Part shown: positions 37,139-53,897 of the stretch, in pieces
Layout: each line of letters opens with the position of its first letter
Numbering within the stretch: position 1 is the first letter of the stretch
DNA from: the human T2T-CHM13v2.0 reference genome, Homo sapiens
Assembly (NCBI RefSeq): GCF_009914755.1
Contig: NC_060939.1
Strand: one strand, 5' to 3'
DNA length: 64,000 nt
The notes under the pieces: generated by a model
The model's input: only the letters and a program-made list of their open reading frames with translations
Told to the model about the DNA's origin: nothing
The model's database searches: none
Position numbers and translations under genes: made by a program

Positions 37139-38692
37139 CTACAGGCACCTGGAAATCTGGGGGAGATCACAAAGGTAAAGGGTCTCCTACAGAAGCCACA
37201 GCCACAGCAGCACATGAGGAAGCCCCTCTGGCACCTGACTGAAGAGCTGGCTTTTGCCTTGCCCATGCTTTAAGCTCTATCACCGTTACATTAATTGTGA
37301 AAAGAACACTTTTCAACTAATTCAGTCTTTGCTATGAATCTCCTCTCCCCTGCCTCCAAAGCTCTCTCTGTGTCTGGTTCAGGCCAGTGACTTCTTGCTT
37401 CTCATACCTCAAACAGCTTAACGTTTCTTAATTGATTCTTTTTCTTCCTCTACAATTAACAATTGATTAAAAAAAAAAAAAAGTAACTTTTCTCCCAACC
37501 CATTGTCCCAGTAAGATGTGGAGAGGAAGGGCCATCCGGAAATAAAAGCCTGATGCTTTTCTTAGCCTCAAAGTATCCTGTTTCCAGCGTTTGTCCAACG
37601 CTTAAGCAAGAGTTCCTGGGTTCTCAGTCACGGATTCTCTAACTTCCAGGCAGGGGCTTCCCCAGCCTCTTGGCAAAGGTGCTGGAGCTTCAGGTCAGGG
37701 ATTCCCTCAGGGACCCCTTGAGTTGCAGCCACTCATGGATTAGGGAAATGCCTAAGTGACACATTCAGCCGCTGCTTTTCTCCAGTAGCCAGCTTGGTTA
37801 ATTCTTTCCAGAAAGTATTTAAGGGGACTCTAACATGTGTCAAGTACCCTGTCAGCAAGTCAAAAATGTATGAGACTTTGATATATCAGTCCCTAAACTC
37901 CTGAGATTCCAATCTGGCAGGTGTATCTCCTTTAAGAATTGGTTTATTACACATAGGCCTGTCTTCAGTTCTCAGGGAGTTTAAAGCCTCTTTGGCTCAT
38001 GACATCCTATCAGACCCAATAGCTCAGTATTACATGCTGAGCTATAGAGTCTGGGGCAGGTCCTAGCAGAGTCCCTGGCAGTAGTCCTATTCCAAGCCCT
38101 TTCACAATGCTGGTTCAACCTCCTTGGGAGTGGCATTAGGGGAACAGGTGTCTCACAACCAACAACCACAAGTCTAGGCAGCCTTTAAGCTTTCCACTTG
38201 TTGCTCTCAGAGCTGCATAAAAAGACCTAAATTACCATCGACCACAGAAGAGATCTCCTTTTCACTCCCTCAGGGTGGAGATCAGATAATTTGAAAAGAA
38301 TGATAAAATCCACAGGCCTAAAATGAACTCCAAAGTATTAAAAACTTGAAGATGACTTGGTCCCATGGCCAACCTCACCCAGCTCTAACTTCTGGGGCTC
38401 AGGATACTACACTTTATGTAGAAGTCCACAGGAAACCACCATAATATAGGTGGGACCTTTGAAAGACATTTTATTACCCAGGATATTCTCCATTGCATCA
38501 TAGCTTTGTAGTAACATGGAAACTTGATTTTCATATTGCATTCAATGGACAAAAAGGAAAACAGAACATTACATCTACACCTGACATCATGCCTGGGTGA
38601 AAATGTGGATGCTTTGGACCAGAAGTGGAATATAAACCTAGTAACAGTGGATATGTTTGTTTCTGAGGTAAGCTTTTGAGTGCTTTTTCTAT

Positions 38693-38727
38693 TGTGTGTG
38701 TACACACACACACACACACACACGTGT
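38693..38727. repeat. (TG)n-(CA)n alternating purine/pyrimidine microsatellite
   Basis: tgtgtgtgt followed by (ac)11 and gtgt. Confidence 0.9.
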
Positions 38728-39329
38728 TTTAATGTATACCCAGCTTTGGTGGAAAATGCTTTAAGCTAGCTTATAAAAATATATACAACATAAGTCAAAA
38801 AAAAATGGGTGTAAGCCAGGGAGGGAATTGGAAGAGAAGGAAAGGAGGGCAAGAAAGACATGAAGAAAGAAAAGTAAGCGTAGTGTGCCACAGCCCTGCT
38901 CGCAGAGTCGAGCAGAGAAGGAGGAACACAGGATCTGGCATCAGAAGGCTGAGCTCAGCAATTTTCTTGATCTGTGTACCTGGGTACAGCATTTAACCTT
39001 GCTGTGATCTTGTTTTCATCGACACAAGGGGGAAGATAATAAAATCCCTGTGTTGAATATGGAAGGAAAACTTGCAGCTAAAAGCATTTTGTAAGCCTCA
39101 AAGTGCCCTTGATTCTCAGTCCCTGAAGCGTTATATTCTCTTACTCATAACTTACATTTGCGGTTCCTTGTGCCTGAAAAGTCCTTTCGTGTCCCAGCTT
39201 TCTTCAAAATCCCTGTCCATCCCTTGTTATTCTGTTCAAGAGTTGCCTCCTTACGGAAGGATTTCAGGGCCTCCCTAAGATAGAATATGTGCCCTTTTAT
39301 GAGTTTCCTCTAAACCGAAGAAAGATGGA

Positions 39330-39575
39330 AGCAGGGTAGTGTGGCGGGGAAGAGTGTGAATTTGAACTCTCTCACACTTGACTTCCCAATTCTGGCTCTA
39401 CCACTTTCTACTCTAGTTACTTGGGGCAACTTAATTAAAACTCTTCAAGCCTCAATCTTCTCATCTAAAAACTGGGCTTATAGCTTCTCTAGTGTCCATC
39501 TTATGAGAATTAGACGTAAGTATGTAAAACACCTGACAAATAGGGCTAAAGAAGTGCTAGCAATTATTATTACTT
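39330..39575 (+). mobile_element. MIR SINE
   Basis: ctggctctaccacttt...ttggggcaacttaattaa...gcctcaatcttctcatctaaaaa. Confidence 0.7.
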
Positions 39576-40479
39576 ATTTCTTTTGATTACGTTTCTCACA
39601 TTAAACTTTGAAAAAGATTTAATTTGCTAAAGTATACTAAGTATATAAAGTATATTTGAAAGCATGGCTCTTTAAAAACTTTATGAAACAAGTTTTCTTA
39701 AAAAAACAAACAAACAAAAAATTCCTCTTTTAGGCCACATACTCCTCCCAGGTTGTTTTTCTATCTTAATAATGAGACTTCTCTGCTTTTGTCCACCCTG
39801 AGAAAGGCCTGGCATCATGAGTGGGATCAGTGCAGCTGGACAGGGACCTCACTTAGAAGGGTTTAATGCTTGGTGCCACAGCACTTTTCACAAAGGACTC
39901 AGCAGGGGACAAGCTTTTCACTGGCTCTTGTGCACACAGTGCATTCGGAAAAGAGGCTGCTACACCTATAGGGATTGTCTATTCACCATGAATTGGGGAC
40001 AACAAGTCATGGGAAGGGGAGATGTCTGACTCTACTTCTCCACCCCTGGCTGGGGCACAGCACATCAGTCCAGTGGCTGACTGAACGGGGATGGACAGCA
40101 CATGAGGCAGGAGCTCATGCCAAGTCTAGGGTGAATCCGCAGGTACCTGTGAGGGTCTGTACTCATCCCACCAGTATCCCCATCTTCAAGAGAGCATCCC
40201 ATTAAATAACAAGTAAAAAAAGAGTATGACAGGTTGAGAGTGAGACAGCAGGAGAAAGAAAAACACTTTAACTTTAACAATATACTTATTTTGCCTTTGA
40301 GAAAAGGGGCTCCATTTTGTGCCAGACCCATCCATTGGGTAGCCAGTCCTGCCCTGAGATGCTGCTGTTACCTAGAGTTCTTCCCTCAGTCCCCTTTTCT
40401 CACTCTGTCCGGCTTCCCTGAGGGAAACATTCCATTCCCATGGCTTGAATTTCCTTGTCTGTGTGCCTGCCTCTTGGTG

Positions 40480-41090
40480 CTGCCTTAGTCAGCCTCCACT
40501 CCCATCTCTCATCACCATTGCTTCTAGAAGGAGCTAAAACACAAACCTGACCACATCACTCACTCCCCCTCTTCACAGCCTTCTGTGGCTCCCCATTGCC
40601 TTCAGGATAAAGCCCAAACCCCTTTGCCTAGTGTACGAGAATCCTGTGATCTGACTCCTCCCTACCAATATCTCCAGCTTCATTTGCCATACCCACTAGG
40701 TTTGTTAGTTCTGTCACTGTGCTGGCCATTCCCAGAAAGTCCATATTCTTTCATCTGTATGCCTTTGCATATGCTGCTTCCTCTCCCTGTAATGCTCGTT
40801 CTTTATCTGTGTCATAACTCATTCATTTCCTAATGAAGTTCAAGTATCACCTCTTTCTGAAAGCCTTCCCTAATCTCCTCAGGCTAGAGCATGTGCCTAT
40901 TCTCTGCGCTACTATAGCCTCACACCCTGCTATTCCAGCACTTTGCATACTCTATGCCAATTGCTTATTTCTTACCCCTGCCTATCTTTCTTACTGGACT
41001 CACTGAAGAAGGGAAATTTTGATTTTCATCTCCACCTGAGCACCTTGTTCAATACTAGCACATAGGAGACAATCAAATGTCTGCTAGAAT
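40480..41090 (+). mobile_element. L2 LINE 3' region
   Basis: tggctccccattgccttcaggataaagcccaaa...cctttgcatatgctgcttcctct...ctagcacataggagacaatcaaatgtctg. Confidence 0.8.
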
Positions 41091-41382
41091 TGGATTTGTC
41101 TCACATAGCTTTTCCATGTATAGGTTTACATGTCAAGTCTCTTAAATCAGCATTTAGGTAAATTGAGGTCAAGAACTATCTGTAATCCTCATCTGCATAA
41201 CAAGTGAAAAATAAGTATTTATTGAATGAACAGGTTACGCATTTAAATTTACTTTCCTTTGAGAATATATTTTAATTATCCATATTCTTGTTTAAAAGGA
41301 AATATGGTAAGAAACCAGTACATGTTTTTTAAAACTTCATTCTATATAACTGAATATATTCTTACTGTGTGATCTGTCTTAA

Positions 41383-41801
<419 letters not shown>

Positions 41802-42219
41802 ATACAAGTAATTTATTATCATGCTTTTATCTTAATCCAAGTAATTGATGAGACTTTTGTTCAATTTGATGCATATGCAAGCCTAAGGTAAAAGTTACTT
41901 TTATCTCTATCATGTTACTGTATAAAAACAATTTGTTTTATTTGATCCCTAAACAACTTCTTGATTGTAGTTGGTCCATTATATATTTTAATATTTTATT
42001 TTAGACTTGGAATTAAATATTATCTTACTTTTATAAGATAAATAGGTCTTTAAGTTTGAAATATTGAAGGACAAAAGACTAGGAACAGCAGCCCATCTTA
42101 CAAGTATTCTATTTTCTTACTCATCATTGGCACCAAAATGTTGACCTAGGAGCTATTCCAATTGTAAAATCCTTCCTGAAGACATACTTTTGCTTTTCCA
42201 TCACATTATATCGCTTTCA

Positions 42220-42670
42220 CATTTTCCTTTTTTCAGTATTTGAATTATATAATATTTTATGCATGCAATCATATGCATAATGTAAGATATAATGTAACAA
42301 ACTCATTTACCAATTACCCAGCTAAAAAGAGAGAGTATTTGCCATGCAATTGCAGACACATGTATTACCCTCCCTCATGACATGTCCCTTCCTCTCTTCT
42401 CCCTCCTCCCCACCAGAGTTAACTACATCCTGAGTTTTCAGTTTATTATTCTCTTGCTTATCTTTGTAATTTTAATGTGTGTGTGCGTATTCCTACATAA
42501 TATATTATTTGGTCCTATATGTTTTTACACTTCACATTAATAGTAACATACTGTATATATTCTTTGACAACTTCCTTTTTAATTAAACCTGATGTGAGAT
42601 TCATTCATAAACGTAGATGAAGCCCCACTTTGTTCACTTCCATTGTTGTATAACATTTCTTTATATATCA
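42220..42670 (-). mobile_element. L1ME-type old LINE fragment
   Basis: ccagagttaactacatcctgagttt...catactgtatatattctttgacaactt...tgagattcattcat. Confidence 0.55.
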
Positions 42671-45476
42671 CAAGAATGAATAAGAAAAAAAAAGAAGTTA
42701 GCTAGCAAGTGGGGGCTATTTCTCTTGGTTAAATACACAGTTAAAACTAACACCTTGGAAATATAAAAACTTAACTCTAGGGGAAGTATATTCAATTAAG
42801 GAGATGGGTTTTTCTTAAAATAAAACAGGTAGGTTGACAATATTTCCATCTATTATTTTAGGATCATCATGAACTAAGACAATAATATTAGATAATGTGT
42901 ACAGAATTTCAGAGAACGCTAAATACATCTCAGTTATAATCCTCTTCTCAGCAGTCTATAATATATTGTCAGCAATTAACAATAGAGTGAAGCTTGTGTT
43001 ACAAACCAACTCCAAAGTCCCTGTCAGTAACAACTTTTGGTTAGGCAGAATAAGATACAACTAATAAGGTGATTCCCTCCAAATTCTCTCTTGTTTCCCA
43101 GATTTCAGAAATCCTTCCTCGTAGAGTGCCATCTGATGCCATCGTAGGAAGGCACTCACATGGGCTGTAATCAGCTCATAGTTATTAACTGCTTAGCACC
43201 ATGATTCTCAAACTACTCTCTTTGGGACTATGAAACTATGTAAAATTTTCAGAAGTTTTATGGGAAAATGTATTACATGTAGTAGAACATACAAAAAATT
43301 TAGATTAATGTTTTAGAGGAAGTATGAAACTCCAATAAATCTCAGTTCACACCAGATCTCCAGATATTGAGGGGTGCGCTTTAACAAGCATTTGATATTT
43401 CTGATGTTTCCATTGGAAGTCTGAGAAACATTGCCTAAGGGAAAACAAAGAATCCAGAAGCAGATGGCCACAGGCATTAAGAGGACAGAAAACAAGGTAA
43501 AGGGTAGTCTTGGAGGAACTGAGGCTAAAAAACAAAACAAAACACAAAAATCAGATGTCACTTATGTTAGCATCATCCTTGGTATTAGACATATATTTCA
43601 ACAATTTAGTTCCTAAATTGCCAGCAAGTACTGCAAAATCAGAGATAAATCTTAGTTGTTGCTCTCAAAAAGCTCAGTTTAGGAGAGAATATAGACCTAT
43701 TAAATCAAAACATGGGAGTGTGTGACAAGTGTTTTGGGAAACTCAAGAGTGTCAATTTTGTCTCGGAAAGACAGGAAACACTACAGGAAATAGTGGTATT
43801 TAACCTGGGACGTTAGAGATAAATCACATTAACTTGGTTGATTAACATGGCAAGCAAAGGTATGACAATATTCCTATTGTTGTTGCTACTGCCAGCAATG
43901 TCCATTCAACTCAGTTTGATAAGATGGGGCAACATTCATGATGGACGTAGACAGGAATCATCATAGGATCTGAGTCAACTGTTCACAGCACAGCATCCAG
44001 AGGTTGCCTCTATACCTCTGCTCTGGATTAGAGTATTCTTCCAAGTCTGTTTCCATCCCTGGGAGTTATGAAAGTTCCCCAGTTGAGCTAGAGCTCTGCT
44101 TCATCCCTTAGGCTTTCCAAGAGTTGCTAAAGAACAACAGTTGCTGCTTAAAGAAATTGAGAAAAAGAGCTATGAAATATTTTTTATGAAAATGTTTTTT
44201 TCTTCTCCACAATAAATATTGTAAATGACAAAACTTGGTTTAGCTTAGAAAAATGTTTTCTCTTAAAATGTCAATTTTCTCTGCGGTTTGCATTTCCTTT
44301 AAATGCAATTTCTTCAAAGACTGCTAGCACAATCTGCCAAGTCCCTGTGCCTTCTAGTCTTCAGAGTTCTATGTGCTGTAAAGATGCTCCCTTTGAGAGA
44401 GTAGTAGGCAAGGAAGGGGATTCCCAGAAAGCAGTGACAAAAAATAAATAAATAAATAAATCAACAACTCCATCAAGAAGGCGAAACCAAGATTATAAAC
44501 GTTGCTCTTTGAGGAGGAAAGCTATCTTCTCCATGTTTTGCAAAACATTTGTATCACTTCCAAGTTCTATCAAAGCCAAAATTTTGAAGTTATGCTGAAG
44601 TTATATTCTTTGTCCCACCTCGTTCTTACGGACCCACACCAAACAGATAAACATTAAAACCTTAATTATTGAAGATTGTAACAGGGGTACTAAATGTCAA
44701 GCTTTTTCTCAGACATTTCCAACTGTATTATTTCTTTCATGACACAAAATAGTTTTGTGTAACTATATGTTCCTGGGCAAATAATGTAAACTCTCAGTGC
44801 CTCAGTTTCATAATTTGTAATAATGCGGGTGGAATACTGGGGCCATGAGAATTAAATGAATAAAAAACAGAAAATCATTTAGAATAATGTTGTCTGGGGT
44901 GTAGAAAGGTTTGCATAAATGGAAGCTCCTGTCTGTGATGGACAAACACTGGATACAGTAACACATGTGACAGGGTAAGTTGTTCATTTTCACTGATTGG
45001 GGTGCTTTAACAAAAGAAAAGTTAAAAATCTCCCTTTCTTTATAGAAAGGCAGTCAGATATTTGTCTTGAGTTATATTTTTCTCGCTCCTCGGTGAAAGG
45101 TGACACCACTTGTGCGTTTCGAAGCAGGTAGGATGAGCTAATCTGAAGAATCTCCTTCTCTCCCACTGCCATCGATTGGGTGACAGGGGCCCAACAAGGT
45201 TCTAAGGATGAATTATCCAAGTTGAGGAAAAGATGGAGTTTGGCAGCTGGGACTTCCAGTTCTGACAGTAGCTAACAATGCCAGCCTATTCACATTGGGC
45301 ATCCCTGAGGCAGGGGCATCTTGGAAAGGGGAAAGCATCATGATCCAGTGAGTAGGCTGTGGCCGTGCACAGAACTACTGAGAGCAGCAGTGAAGTACGT
45401 TCACTGTAGCCAGCCCAGCCCTGCCCCGGGGGAGTGGAGCCACAGGTGGGGTTGGCTGAATTAAAACTACACGGCC

Positions 45477-45800
<324 letters not shown>

Positions 45801-46116
45801 CTAAGACCAAAGATGACCACATTCCCTTTACCCTTTTCTCAGAGTTCAGACCCGAGGCCCTGGTACAGTCTAAACAGTGAAAGATCCTCCAATAGTAACA
45901 CAAATATAATACTTCTTGCAGCCCTTTACAAGTGAGGGCTCGAAATCACATGACATTTTTGCATCCTAGATAGTAAGAAGAAATCTTTACTACATATAGA
46001 ACTAAATAGTCTTTAATTTGTATTGTGTTTGAAAGACATTTCACACAAATAAGTGCTTTGTCAGATCATATGTCATCATAAGTACACTTTATTATAGCTC
46101 CTTGGCATCACTTTGA

Positions 46117-46463
<347 letters not shown>

Positions 46464-46570
46464 ACCTCAAGAAGGTTTTAATGCAACATTTACATACCTT
46501 CGTGCTGGGCACATAATAGCACCACTAGTTACATAAGTGGAAATCCACAATTTCGAAAAAAACTCCTCAT

Positions 46571-46610
46571 GATACTACACTTGATCTTAGCCAAAAGGCT
46601 GAGAAGCAAT
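46571..46610 (-). pseudogene. Tailless 5' fragment of U2 snRNA (retropseudogene)
   Basis: The reverse complement ATTGCTTCTCAGCCTTTTGGCTAAGATCAAGTGTAGTATC matches U2 nt 1-40 with two CpG-decay changes. TSD ctcctcatgata / ctccacatgata. Confidence 0.92.
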
Positions 46611-47861
46611 ATCCTCCACATGATAGAATCCACCTATCTCATACTTGTACACAAAAGCACACTTTCCCTCCCCCATCAAGAGACAACCAAATGTCACACT
46701 GTGGGGCCCTTGCTCCAGTGTCTCTAGTTGGTGTCCACTCATCTTCTATATGAAAAGCCTCCTGGAATGGGACCTGTGGACAACAGTAGATTTGTTAAAT
46801 AAAGAAAAACACACCTCTGTAATAAAATCATTAAAATCAGTGTCGTAGAAGATTAGAAACTCAGAAAAAATAAAAGAAAAAGATTACAAGACAGTATTGT
46901 ACTAAGTATCCAATTTTTGAAAAAAAAAAAAAACTATACCTGGGTAAACAGTATGAGAATATCCAGGAAAATGACACCAGCAAGTTAACTCCGGATGACT
47001 GGGATTAGAGGTGATTCTAATATTTCTTTATTTGCTGATCTGAATTTTCTGGTTTTACTAAAATGAAGATGTATTTCTTTTATAGTAGAACCTCTCTCTT
47101 CTGCTCTAAGAAGTAAGGTAAGAGAGAGAACTAAAGCTACTTTAGACAATGCATTTGAGTGATCAATAGCTAAAGACATCAGGGATGGAACTTTTAAATG
47201 GAGGTAGTGTATTACGAGTTGCCGTTTCAGAGCCTGGGTACCTGGAAAAGCACAAGTGTGGGTAAAGGCGGTTTAGATGCTTGGTAGGTTATATTGCATG
47301 AGTTCTCTAAAAGCCCAAGAAAAAATGAAAAGGCGTAGTTTTCCCTAGTTACCTTATATGTCAAATGCTAGTATAATAAGTAAAGCCGTATAAATAAGGG
47401 CTTGATAAGAAAGCATTGCATTTATAAAGAGTGGGGAAAACAAGAACCATGAGTCTGTGGGAGAATAAAATCAGGCCCGGTCCAGAGTGGTGCACGGAAC
47501 GAGCCACAGGAGTAACGTAGTGGTATGGATCTGTGTGGCACTGAGCATTGGACAGATGGGTCCCTGCCCATTTCCCAGGAAGAAAATCAAGTGTCTCAGG
47601 TGATGTGCACATTAGGGGGAATGAATGTGCGGAGGTAGTTTACACTGAATGACATGTTTTGATTTTGGTTATTTTGCTTCTTGACCTTTAAAAGTACTCA
47701 GTATCATAATTAATATGCAGTCAATGGTTACCTAGAGAGGTTCATTTGGAAAAAACACAAACAGCTTAAAATGGATTCAGATGAATCCAAACTAAGGAAA
47801 GCTCTTTGGCTACTTCCAAATTTCAAGTTTGTTTTCAGGTCAGAGGAAAACAAAAGAGTAA

Positions 47862-48203
<342 letters not shown>

Positions 48204-49172
48204 CACTCTTAGTTTGTTTAGTTTTATATTCTTGTCTCACTATCTCTGTGTCTTCCTCTGTCTTTCTCTAAAACATTCGGGCCCTCCTCACTCATAAGGT
48301 TTTGAATTCTTGAAGAGATACTAAATCAATATTTAAATGAACACTGATCAAACATTATTCTGTACCACAAATTAAAATTGAATGTTGCTTTACAAGTGCT
48401 ATAAATCTTGTAGTTTGCTAAAAAGGGAGTCAAATGGGACTTTTTGGTTACATCTCACCTCTATCAGTATTTGTGGACCACTAAAAGGCTTGGAGAGGAA
48501 GACCAGAGGGAAAGGGCAGAAGCTGAGAAAGGGGCACTGAATGTATTGGAGAAATAGCATGGTACTGAGTTAGGAACCAGATTCTGGCCCCAGCACTGCA
48601 TGACAAGTTAACCACATTTACTACATATATGCATTACAAGTTAACCATATGTAATCCCCTCAGCAACCCCATGACAGGGCTATTATTAGTATCATTGTCA
48701 TCCTCCTTGTATAGAACAGGAGACAGGCCCAGAGCATAAAACCCTTAGAATAATGCCTGGAATATCATTACTGCTATTTAAGTGTTGGTTTAAAGACTCA
48801 AGTCAAGACTATACCTTGTGTATTTCCAAAGAACTAAGTTTCAGCCAGTACTGCTTCTAAACCAAGGAGCCAAGTTTTTCAGTCTCTGAGAAATCAGAGT
48901 TACCATGAATTAATTTCAAACTAATAAATTGAGATACTCAGCTGCTTATTCACATTTCATGCTTTTAATAATCACACCCTCGTTTAAAAATTTCCCAGTT
49001 TGGAGACTAGTACCACAGATGAGAAAAAGCTGCCACTGATTATCTGACTTATACCTTGGCTTAATTTAATCCAGCCCATATGCAGAAAACCACTGTTTCT
49101 CCAATGAATTGCTCTTGAAAAATATGAAAATGTTAATATCCTTTCAAAGTATTTTGTGACTATATTTTAGAA

Positions 49173-49495
49173 CAGAGAGTTGGTAAACTTTTTCTATAAA
49201 GAGCCAGATAGTAGATATTTTAGGCTTTGCTGGCTACATAATGCGTCTTTTTTTCAACTATAAAACCAACTCTTTAATAATGTAAAAGACATTTTCATCT
49301 CAAGTGGCCAGACCTAAATTTTTTAATGTGAGCTAAGAATAGGTTTTTAAAAAATTGTTAAAGGTATATTTAAAAAATAAACAAAACAAAGGAGTATAAG
49401 TGACAGATACTGTATGAGTCCTGCAAAGCCAAAAATATTATCTGAAATATTTACTACAAGAAATATGTACTATGGAAAAATTTTGCTGACCCCTA
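49173..49495 (+). mobile_element. MER58-like hAT-Charlie MITE
   Basis: cagagagttggtaaactttttctataaagagccagatagtagatattttaggctttg ... tttgctgaccccta. Confidence 0.75.
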
Positions 49496-49878
49496 TTCTG
49501 GAGAATCATAAGTTAAGGGTATTATTATAAATAATTTAACCTCTGTTCCCATTTTTTGTAGTCTACAAAGCTAGCTTGTTTCTTCAAACCACACAATCAT
49601 CTCCAAGGATGCAGAAAAAGCATTTGATATTGACAAAATTCAATATCCATCCCTGACTAAAACTCTCCAGCAAACTAGTAAGAGAACTACCTTAACCTGA
49701 TAAAAGACATCTACAAAAAACCTATAGCTAATATCATTTTTAATTATTAAAAACTGAATGATTTCCCCCTAAGTTCAGGAAGAAGTAAAATATGTTTGCT
49801 TTCACCATTTCAATTCACCACTGTACTGAAGATTCTAACCAGTGCAGTAAGGCAAGAAAAAGAAAAGCCATCTACATT

Positions 49879-50689
49879 ATATCAAAAAGACACCCGCACT
49901 CATATGTTTATCATAGCACAATTCATAATAGCTAAGTCATGGAAGTGGCCTAAGTGTCCATCAATGGACAACTGGATAAAAAAAATGTGGTGGCCGGGCA
50001 CAGTGGCTCACACCTGTAATCCCAGCACTTTGAGAGGCTGAGTCGGGTGAATCACAAGGTCAGGAGTTCAAGACCTGCCTGGCCAACATGGTGAAACTCC
50101 ATCTCTACTAAAAATACAACAAATTAGCTGGGCATGGTGGCAGATGCCTGTAATCGGAGCTACTTGGGAGGCTGAGGCAGGAGAATCACTTGAACCGGGG
50201 AGGCAGAGGTTGCAGTGAGCCTAGGTCGTGCCACTGCACTTCAGCCGGGTGACAGTGTGACACTCCATCTAAAAAAGAAAAAAAGAAAAAAGAAAAGAAA
50301 GAAAGAAAATGTGATATATTTATATGTATCCCTTGGAATGCTACTCAGCCATAAAAAATAATGAAATAATGCCTTCTGCAGCAACATGGATAGAACTGGA
50401 GGCCATTATCCTAAGTGAAATAACTTGAAAACAGAAAGTTTCTAAATTATATATTCTCACTTATAAATGGGAGCTAAATGATAAACACACACAGACATAC
50501 AGAATGGAATAATAGACACTGGAGACTCCAAAAGTGGGAGGGAGGTAGGGAGATGAAAAATTACCTACTGAATGTAGTGTATACTATTCAGGTGATGGGT
50601 ACGCTCCAAGCCCAGACTTCGCCACTACCTAATATACCTATTTAACAAAACCATGCTTGTACCCTCTAAATCTATAAAAATAAAATTAT
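49879..50689 (+). mobile_element. L1PA16/L1PB-like 3' end nested in the L1M, itself carrying an Alu
   Basis: TSD aaaagaaaag(c/t)catcta(c/g)att at 49858-49878 and 50690-50710. Confidence 0.82.
49992..50305 (+). mobile_element. AluS (Sg-like)
   Basis: Full dimer with an A/GAAA tail. TSD core aaaatgtg. Confidence 0.93.
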
Positions 50690-51606
50690 AAAAGAAAAGT
50701 CATCTAGATTGGAAAGCAGATAAAACTATCTTTACTCACAAACAACAGGATTAGCTATGTAGAAAATGTCATGGAGTCTTCAAAAAAGCAGCTAACATTA
50801 AGAAATTTAGCAAATTTGCACAATACAAGGCAGTATACAAAAATCAACTGAATTGGCAAATATTAACAATTACCCAGAAAATGAAATTTTAAAAACAATA
50901 CCATTACAACAGCATTAAAAAACAAACTACTTAGTATCCTAAGACAAAGATGTTCTGTACTTGACAAAAGATATGCAAGATCTGTAACTGAAAACTACAT
51001 TGTTGAGAGAAATATAAGAAAACCAAACTAAATGGAGAGCTATTCCATGGCTCATGGTTCAAAAGACTCAGTATTGTTAAGATAGCAATTTGCCTAAAAT
51101 TGAGCTACAAATTCAGTGCAATCCTAATCAAAATCCCAGCAAGCACTTTTGGAGAAATTGACAAGCTTACTCTAAAATTCATAGGAAAGTACAAAGGACG
51201 TAGAATAGTCAAAATTACCTTAAAAAGAAGTCAGAAGATAAATAAAAGCCACCTGATTTTATGACTTATTTTTTCTTGCCTTTTTCTTGTCTTTCTACAG
51301 TAAAGACAGCATAATGTTGGCATAAAGATCAACAATTAACTCAATGGAACACAATAGAAAATCCAGGAAAAAAAAACACACATGTATGGACAAATGATCT
51401 TTGACATAGTTGCAAAAGCAATGCAGTGGAGAAACAATGGTCTTCTCAACAAATAATGTTGGAACAATTGGATATCCATGTACAAAAAATGAACTTTGAG
51501 CCATACCTGAAGTGCCCTATACAAATCTTGATACCATACACAAAAATGAACTCAAAATGGATCATGGAGCTAATATATAATCTAAAACCATAAAACTTCT
51601 AGGAGA

Positions 51607-51931
<325 letters not shown>

Positions 51932-53573
51932 CTAGAAGAAAACAGAAGAAACCCTTGTGATCTTCAGTTAGGCAAAGATTTTTTAAAATACTGCACCAAA
52001 AATGCAATCCATAAAAGAACAAATTGATAGACTGGACTTTATAAAAATTAAAAATTTCTGCTCCTTAAAATACACTGTTAAAGACAAGCCATATGTTGGG
52101 AGAAAATATTTGCATATGATATACTTGATAAAGGGCTTGTATCTAGAATATTTTTAAAGAACTCAAACTCAATTTTACAAAGGGGCATGGCAACAGATTT
52201 GATCAGACATTTCACCCAAGAAAATATGTGAATGGCAAATAAGCATAAGAAAAGATGCTCCACATCACTATTCATTTAGGAAATTGAAAATTTAAACCAC
52301 AATGACACAAATACTCAACTCTGATGTACAAAATAGTTTATAATAATGTATCAATAGTGGTTTAAAATTTTTTATGCTGACAGTTATTGTTGTGGGGTGG
52401 GATTCCAATATATCCTAAAGTACAGGTAAGCTGTTCTCTTACCCCTCCAAACAGCTTCACCCTAGGACTTACTTGTGCCTTCAGGCACTTGGAGAGCAGC
52501 ATTTTCCAGACACAGCCAAGCCAGCTGATGTGGAAAGTGGGAAGACCCAAAGCATTTTCTCCTATGAGAATCAGAAGTTCTTAGTGCAGGCGAGATGGTG
52601 TATTCACTCACTGAGGGACAACTTGTGTTCTGGCAAGTCAGTCCCAGGGTGAAAAGTAGAGGTTGAGCCTCTGTTCCCTCAGAGTCCTGGATGTTAAAAA
52701 GTGTCACAGTAGCCCTCATCCTGCCCTGATTACACTGGCTCTTTGCCACAGCAGGCTTGTGTTTCCCATTTATGGAGGAAGAGGCTTCTTGGATCCTCTG
52801 GGCCTCTTCCTCATTTGGACACTCTGTCTTTTTCCTTCTATGCAAAGCCTGGTTCATTTCTGCCACAAAAGGGCTCCATCCAAGTCCAGCATTGATCTCA
52901 CTTTTCTAGAGAATCCAAACTAGGAGTTTTGGAAATCTTCAAGGTCACATTCCTCCTTTTAAAAATGTCTTATAAATGAGGTAACAGATCCCATGAGATA
53001 AGGTGACTTTCTTAGGGCCATGCAGTTAATAATTTGCTTTATGCTCACCTTAACACTAATGGCAATTAGATAATCTAATGGCTACCGAGGGACATATGTC
53101 CAAGATTTTCAGTCCCAATCTCAAATGTTCTGTACAGCTATCAGGCCACATTAAGAATTTTACTACACAAAGAAGCACAGCAATTACTATTCAGACATAT
53201 TAAGAGAACCCTTTTGGAAACAATCAATCTATTCCCATCATTGAATCCAACTTTTCAACTCTAAAGTACTGGCTTTCAACTTTTTAGCATCATCAACCCC
53301 ATTTAGGAGGCTAGTGAAAGCTATGGACCCTTTCCACGCACAAAAATTTACACAAAAACAAAATTTCACTGCAGTGATTTAATATGCAATATATGACAGC
53401 GAAAACACTTGGTCTGATGGTAGAAATGTCAGCATATCTGCTATGTGGCCAGGGCATTTTTTTACTTTTAGTTTAGATTCAGGGTGTACATGTGCAGATG
53501 AGTTACATGGATATATTGCATGATGCTGAGGGTTGGGCTTCTATTGACCTTATCACCCAATTAGTGAGCATAG

Positions 53574-53897
<324 letters not shown>

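Noticed and set aside
35656-37242. Cluster of ORFs of up to 183 aa
   Set aside because: They lie within or overlap the GC-rich LTR12C and show no recognisable protein features.
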